From contig CBDCZH010000016.1 of the NCBI GenBank assembly GCA_965224485.1, positions 128,001 to 192,000 of the forward strand: a stretch of DNA of 64,000 nt, written 5' to 3'. The notes beneath the pieces are model-generated. The model saw nothing but the letters and a program-made list of their open reading frames with translations. It was not told where the DNA came from and searched no databases. A program made the translations under genes and the position numbers. Shown here piece by piece: positions 60,551 through 64,000 of the stretch. How positions within the stretch are numbered: the first letter of the stretch is position 1; each line of letters starts with the position of its first letter. This stretch comes from Arcobacteraceae bacterium (GTDB lineage: Bacteria > Campylobacterota > Campylobacteria > Campylobacterales > Arcobacteraceae).

Positions 60551-61267
60551 ATGAATAATTGTTGGATGTGTGGAAATATTGCAAACTCAAAAGAACATAA
60601 AATAAAGAAATCTTTGTTAAAAAAAATATTTTCTGAAGATTTTGAAAATAAAAATATGATACATATTAAGTATGGTGTAGAAAGTAAATTGCCAGGACCA
60701 AATTCAGATAAGATAAAGTTTAAAAAAGTAATTTGTGAAAAATGTAATAATGACAAAACACAAAATCATGATAAAGCTTTTGATATATTCATTAATTATT
60801 TAATTGATAACACTAAATATATTAATAAAAAAAGAATGTTAAATTTTGAAAAAATATATGGTGATGATTTTGTTAAAGAACAGTTAAATCTTTATAAGTA
60901 TTTTGTAAAAATAATTGGTTGCGATTTAAGTGAGAATGATTTTAATGTTCCTTTTGATTTAAAAGATTTATTAGATAAAGATTTATTTAAAACAAAATTA
61001 AAAATTACTTTTTCAATAAATGAAATTATAATTAATTCATCATCTCCAAATAAATCATATTATGGAAATGGAGATTTAATTACTACAAATAAAAATAAAA
61101 ATAATAAAAATGAATTAAATGCAAAATATAGATTTGAAATTGATTTGTCATATTTAAGAGTAAACTTTTTTTATAATACAAATATATGTATTGGTTCAGA
61201 ATGGATTACAGATAAACAATATTTATATTTAGGCTCAAGTGTTAAAATGAATAATAGATATATTTAA
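60551..61267 (+). CDS. Hypothetical protein with HNH-like zinc-binding N-terminus
   Basis: CWMCG...SKEHKI...ICEKCNN. Confidence 0.55.
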   Translation: MNNCWMCGNIANSKEHKIKKSLLKKIFSEDFENKNMIHIKYGVESKLPGPNSDKIKFKKVICEKCNNDKTQNHDKAFDIFINYLIDNTKYINKKRMLNFEKIYGDDFVKEQLNLYKYFVKIIGCDLSENDFNVPFDLKDLLDKDLFKTKLKITFSINEIIINSSSPNKSYYGNGDLITTNKNKNNKNELNAKYRFEIDLSYLRVNFFYNTNICIGSEWITDKQYLYLGSSVKMNNRYI

Positions 61268-61385
61268 ATTAGAAATTAATATAGTTAATAAATTAATTTT
61301 CAAGAGATATTGAATAAAATTTCAAATGATGATAATATCATAGTAACAAATGAGCTTATGAAAAAGATTAGTGAGGTATTAAAAT

Positions 61386-62402
61386 ATGGCTAAAGATTTA
61401 ACAACATCAAATATAAGTAGACAAAATATTTTAAATAATGAATATGCTTTAGAAAAAGTTGAGTTACATTTAGCTTTAGGTGGATTAACTTGGCAAGATG
61501 AACGTATATTTACAAAAGCAAAAGTTGCTCAAATATTTCAAGTAGATATACGAACAGTCACAAGATATTTAGAACAAAATAAAGATGAGTTAGTTAAAAA
61601 TGGATATAAAGTTTTAAAAGGTCAAGAGTTTAAAGAATTTAAAGAGTATGTCTCGGACATGAATGTCGCAGACATGCTTAAAACACCGTCATTAGGGGTC
61701 TTTTCATTCAGAACTGTACTTAATCTTGCTATGTTAATAACAGAAAGTGAAAAAGCAAAGTCTATTAGAAATAAGATTTTGGATATTGTTTTAGATGTTA
61801 TGGCACAAAAATCTGGTGGAGAAACTAAATATATAAATCAAAGAGAAGATAACTACTTATTAGCTTCATATAAAGAATTTAGTTATAGACAAGAATTTAC
61901 AAATGCAATTGATTATTATTTAGAAAGTAATAACGAGTTTAAATATGCAACATATACAAATAAAATATATAAAATTGTATTTTTAGAAGATGCTAACGAA
62001 TATAAAAAAATACTTGAACTTAAGAAGAAAGATAATCTACGAGAAACACTATATTCTGAAATTTTAAATGTAATTGCAAGTGTTGAGAATGGAATAGCAG
62101 AAGATATGAAAAGTGAATCTAAAAAGTTAGGAAGAAAACTTACTTCAAAAGAATTAAATACTTTATTTGAAAATATAAAAAACAATCCATATCTAAAACC
62201 TATAATTGAAGATGCAAGAGTTAAAATGGCAAGTCGAGACTTTAGTTTTAGAGATGCTTTACATGATAAATTAGAGCGTTATATACAAACTGTACCAAAA
62301 AGTGATTTTGATAAATTTTTAGGTGAAACTAGTAAATCACTTGAAGAAAGACTTTCTGATCCAAAAACATTAGCAGTATTAAAACGTCTTAAAGATAGAT
62401 AA
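61386..62402 (+). CDS. Putative DNA-binding protein, Doc/Fic partner
   Basis: HTH-like VAQIFQVDIRTVTRY; coupled to the Fic/Doc gene by a TAATG overlap. Confidence 0.7.
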   Translation: MAKDLTTSNISRQNILNNEYALEKVELHLALGGLTWQDERIFTKAKVAQIFQVDIRTVTRYLEQNKDELVKNGYKVLKGQEFKEFKEYVSDMNVADMLKTPSLGVFSFRTVLNLAMLITESEKAKSIRNKILDIVLDVMAQKSGGETKYINQREDNYLLASYKEFSYRQEFTNAIDYYLESNNEFKYATYTNKIYKIVFLEDANEYKKILELKKKDNLRETLYSEILNVIASVENGIAEDMKSESKKLGRKLTSKELNTLFENIKNNPYLKPIIEDARVKMASRDFSFRDALHDKLERYIQTVPKSDFDKFLGETSKSLEERLSDPKTLAVLKRLKDR

Positions 62403-62842
62403 TGAATTCTCAATTATTTTATTTTGATATAAAACATGCAGTTGAAGTTCATGATTGGATTATTATCAATAGTGGTGGGCTAGAAGGGCAAAGGGAAATT
62501 AATCTATTATCTAGTGCATTAGAACATATTCAAAATGACTTATATTATCCTACTTTTGAAGAAAAACTAAAACACCTTATACTTGCAGTTAATAAATTTC
62601 ATCCATTTTCTGATGGGAATAAAAGATCAAGTTTAGTTTTAGGTGCTTATTTTTTGGAATTAAATGGTTATGATTATTGTATAAAAAGATTTATATTTGA
62701 AATGGAAAATATAGTTGTATGGTTAGCAGATGGTAAAATTAGCGATGATTTATTATTAAAGATTATTATAGAAATAATAGATAATAATGAATTTAATGAA
62801 TCATTAAAATTAGAAATACTTGAATCTATTTCAATTAAATGA
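62402..62842 (+). CDS. Doc/Fic family toxin
   Basis: HPFSDGNKR motif (Doc-type Lys). Confidence 0.88.
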   Translation: MNSQLFYFDIKHAVEVHDWIIINSGGLEGQREINLLSSALEHIQNDLYYPTFEEKLKHLILAVNKFHPFSDGNKRSSLVLGAYFLELNGYDYCIKRFIFEMENIVVWLADGKISDDLLLKIIIEIIDNNEFNESLKLEILESISIK

Positions 62843-62960
62843 TTATGATTTAACTACTTTGTAATATATTTATTAAAATATGCACTTTAAAATTTCTTTT
62901 GAGTCTTTATTTACTAAGCTTAGATATTAAGTTATAATTACAAATTATAAAAGGAAAAAA

Positions 62961-63194
62961 TTGAAAAAAATATTACTTGTTTTACTTATCTCTTGTTCAT
63001 TTTTATTCTCAGCTACTTCTTCTTTAGAAAAAGCTTATGCTAAAGGTAAAAAAATTGCTTTAAAGATTGATAAAAGTGTAGCTGGAACTGTTCGAGTTCA
63101 GAAGTGTAAATATTTTGTATTATTTGATAAAACTATTAGTGCAAAAATGCGTAATGAAGCTTACCGTGGTTGTGAAGATGGAGTTAATAAATAA
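62961..63194 (+). CDS. Small exported hypothetical protein
   Basis: AAGGA RBS, MKKILL signal peptide, two Cys in the mature part. Confidence 0.6.
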   Translation: MKKILLVLLISCSFLFSATSSLEKAYAKGKKIALKIDKSVAGTVRVQKCKYFVLFDKTISAKMRNEAYRGCEDGVNK

Positions 63195-63305
63195 TTTATA
63201 TATTAATATATAATATTTTTATTTAAATATTAATTTTAAAATTTATAAACATCTAACCCTTCATATAATATAATCCAAAAATTAAAAATATAAAAAAAGA
63301 GAATT

Positions 63306-64000
63306 ATGATTGAATTAATCAATATATCAAAAAGTTATCCAACTGGAGAGCTTTACAACGACCTAAACTTACGTTTAAATCAAGGTGATAAAATTGGACT
63401 TGTTGGCCGTAATGGAACTGGAAAATCTACACTATTTAAACTTATTTTAGGTGAAGAGAATCAAGATCACGGTGAAATTAAATTTCCAAAAGCTTATACA
63501 ATAGGGACATTAAAACAATATTTTCAATTTGATGAAAAAACATTAATTGAAGAAACTGCGTCTGCTTTAAGTGAAGAGCATAAATATGATATCTATAAAG
63601 CTGAAAAGATTTTATTAGGTCTTGGATTTTCACTGGATGATTTTGATAAAGAACCAAATTCTTTTTCTGGTGGATTTCAAATTAGAATTAATCTTGCAAA
63701 ACTTCTATTAACTGAGCCAAATATGCTTTTATTAGATGAGCCTACAAATTACCTTGATATTTTATCAATTAGATGGTTAACAGCATTTTTAAAAACTTTT
63801 ACTGGTGAAGTAATTTTAATTACTCATGATAGAGATTTTATGGATAGTGTTTGTACTCATACTTTAGGAATTATTAGAAAAAGTGCTTTCATTATTGAAG
63901 GTGGAACTAAAAAGTTTTTTGAGCAAATTAAAGCAAATGATGAACATCATGAAAAACAAAAAATTGCACAAGTTAAAAAAATTAAAGAGCTTGAAGAATT
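63306..64000 (+). CDS. ABC-F family ATP-binding protein (runs off window)
   Basis: MIELINISKSY...GLVGRNGTGKST, FSGGFQIR, LLDEPTNYLD, ITHDRDF. Confidence 0.92.
   Translation, partial: MIELINISKSYPTGELYNDLNLRLNQGDKIGLVGRNGTGKSTLFKLILGEENQDHGEIKFPKAYTIGTLKQYFQFDEKTLIEETASALSEEHKYDIYKAEKILLGLGFSLDDFDKEPNSFSGGFQIRINLAKLLLTEPNMLLLDEPTNYLDILSIRWLTAFLKTFTGEVILITHDRDFMDSVCTHTLGIIRKSAFIIEGGTKKFFEQIKANDEHHEKQKIAQVKKIKELEE

Noticed and set aside
62402..62842. Fic protein as a GyrB-AMPylating FicT because it lies near gyrB
   Set aside because: The motif is GNKR (Doc-like) and lacks the canonical GNGRxxR; proximity alone is not evidence.

Overview
Very AT-rich chromosomal window from an Arcobacteraceae-like member of Campylobacterota; the taxon is inferred from the ruvC-dnaA-dnaN-gyrB origin synteny and from protein style. 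It spans the replication origin. Housekeeping and metabolic blocks: a nickel-SOD cluster (ankyrin-sodN-sodX plus a Ni permease), oleate hydratase, a sulfate assimilation/cysteine operon with an Rrf2 regulator, a PhoX/CxxCH-protein/metal-transporter operon, a TetR gene next to a TorZ/BisC-type molybdoenzyme and cytochrome c, typA, glutaminase, a full split-P glycine cleavage system (gcvT-H-PA-PB-lipA-lpdA), purN, thiI, ruvC, a bipartite oriC, dnaA, dnaN and gyrB. The main discovery is a ~6.5 kb defence island (12.5-19.0 kb). It holds a dense set of intact and broken type II toxin-antitoxin modules followed by a retron locus on the minus strand. The retron has three parts: (1) a candidate Cap4/DUF4297-like PD-(D/E)xK nuclease effector (GFKYQ...ED...QVK); (2) an unannotated msr-msd ncRNA with 12-bp a1/a2 inverted repeats, a G opposite G at the branch position, two msr stem-loops and a 36-bp msd stem; (3) a retron RT (NAxxH, YSDD, VTG). 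I do not recall this effector type among the standard retron classes. Both retron proteins are broken by apparent single-base frameshifts, mostly in homopolymers, which could be real decay or assembly error. ERIC-like palindromic elements mark the boundaries of both accessory islands. All family assignments come from motif recognition; no database search was run.
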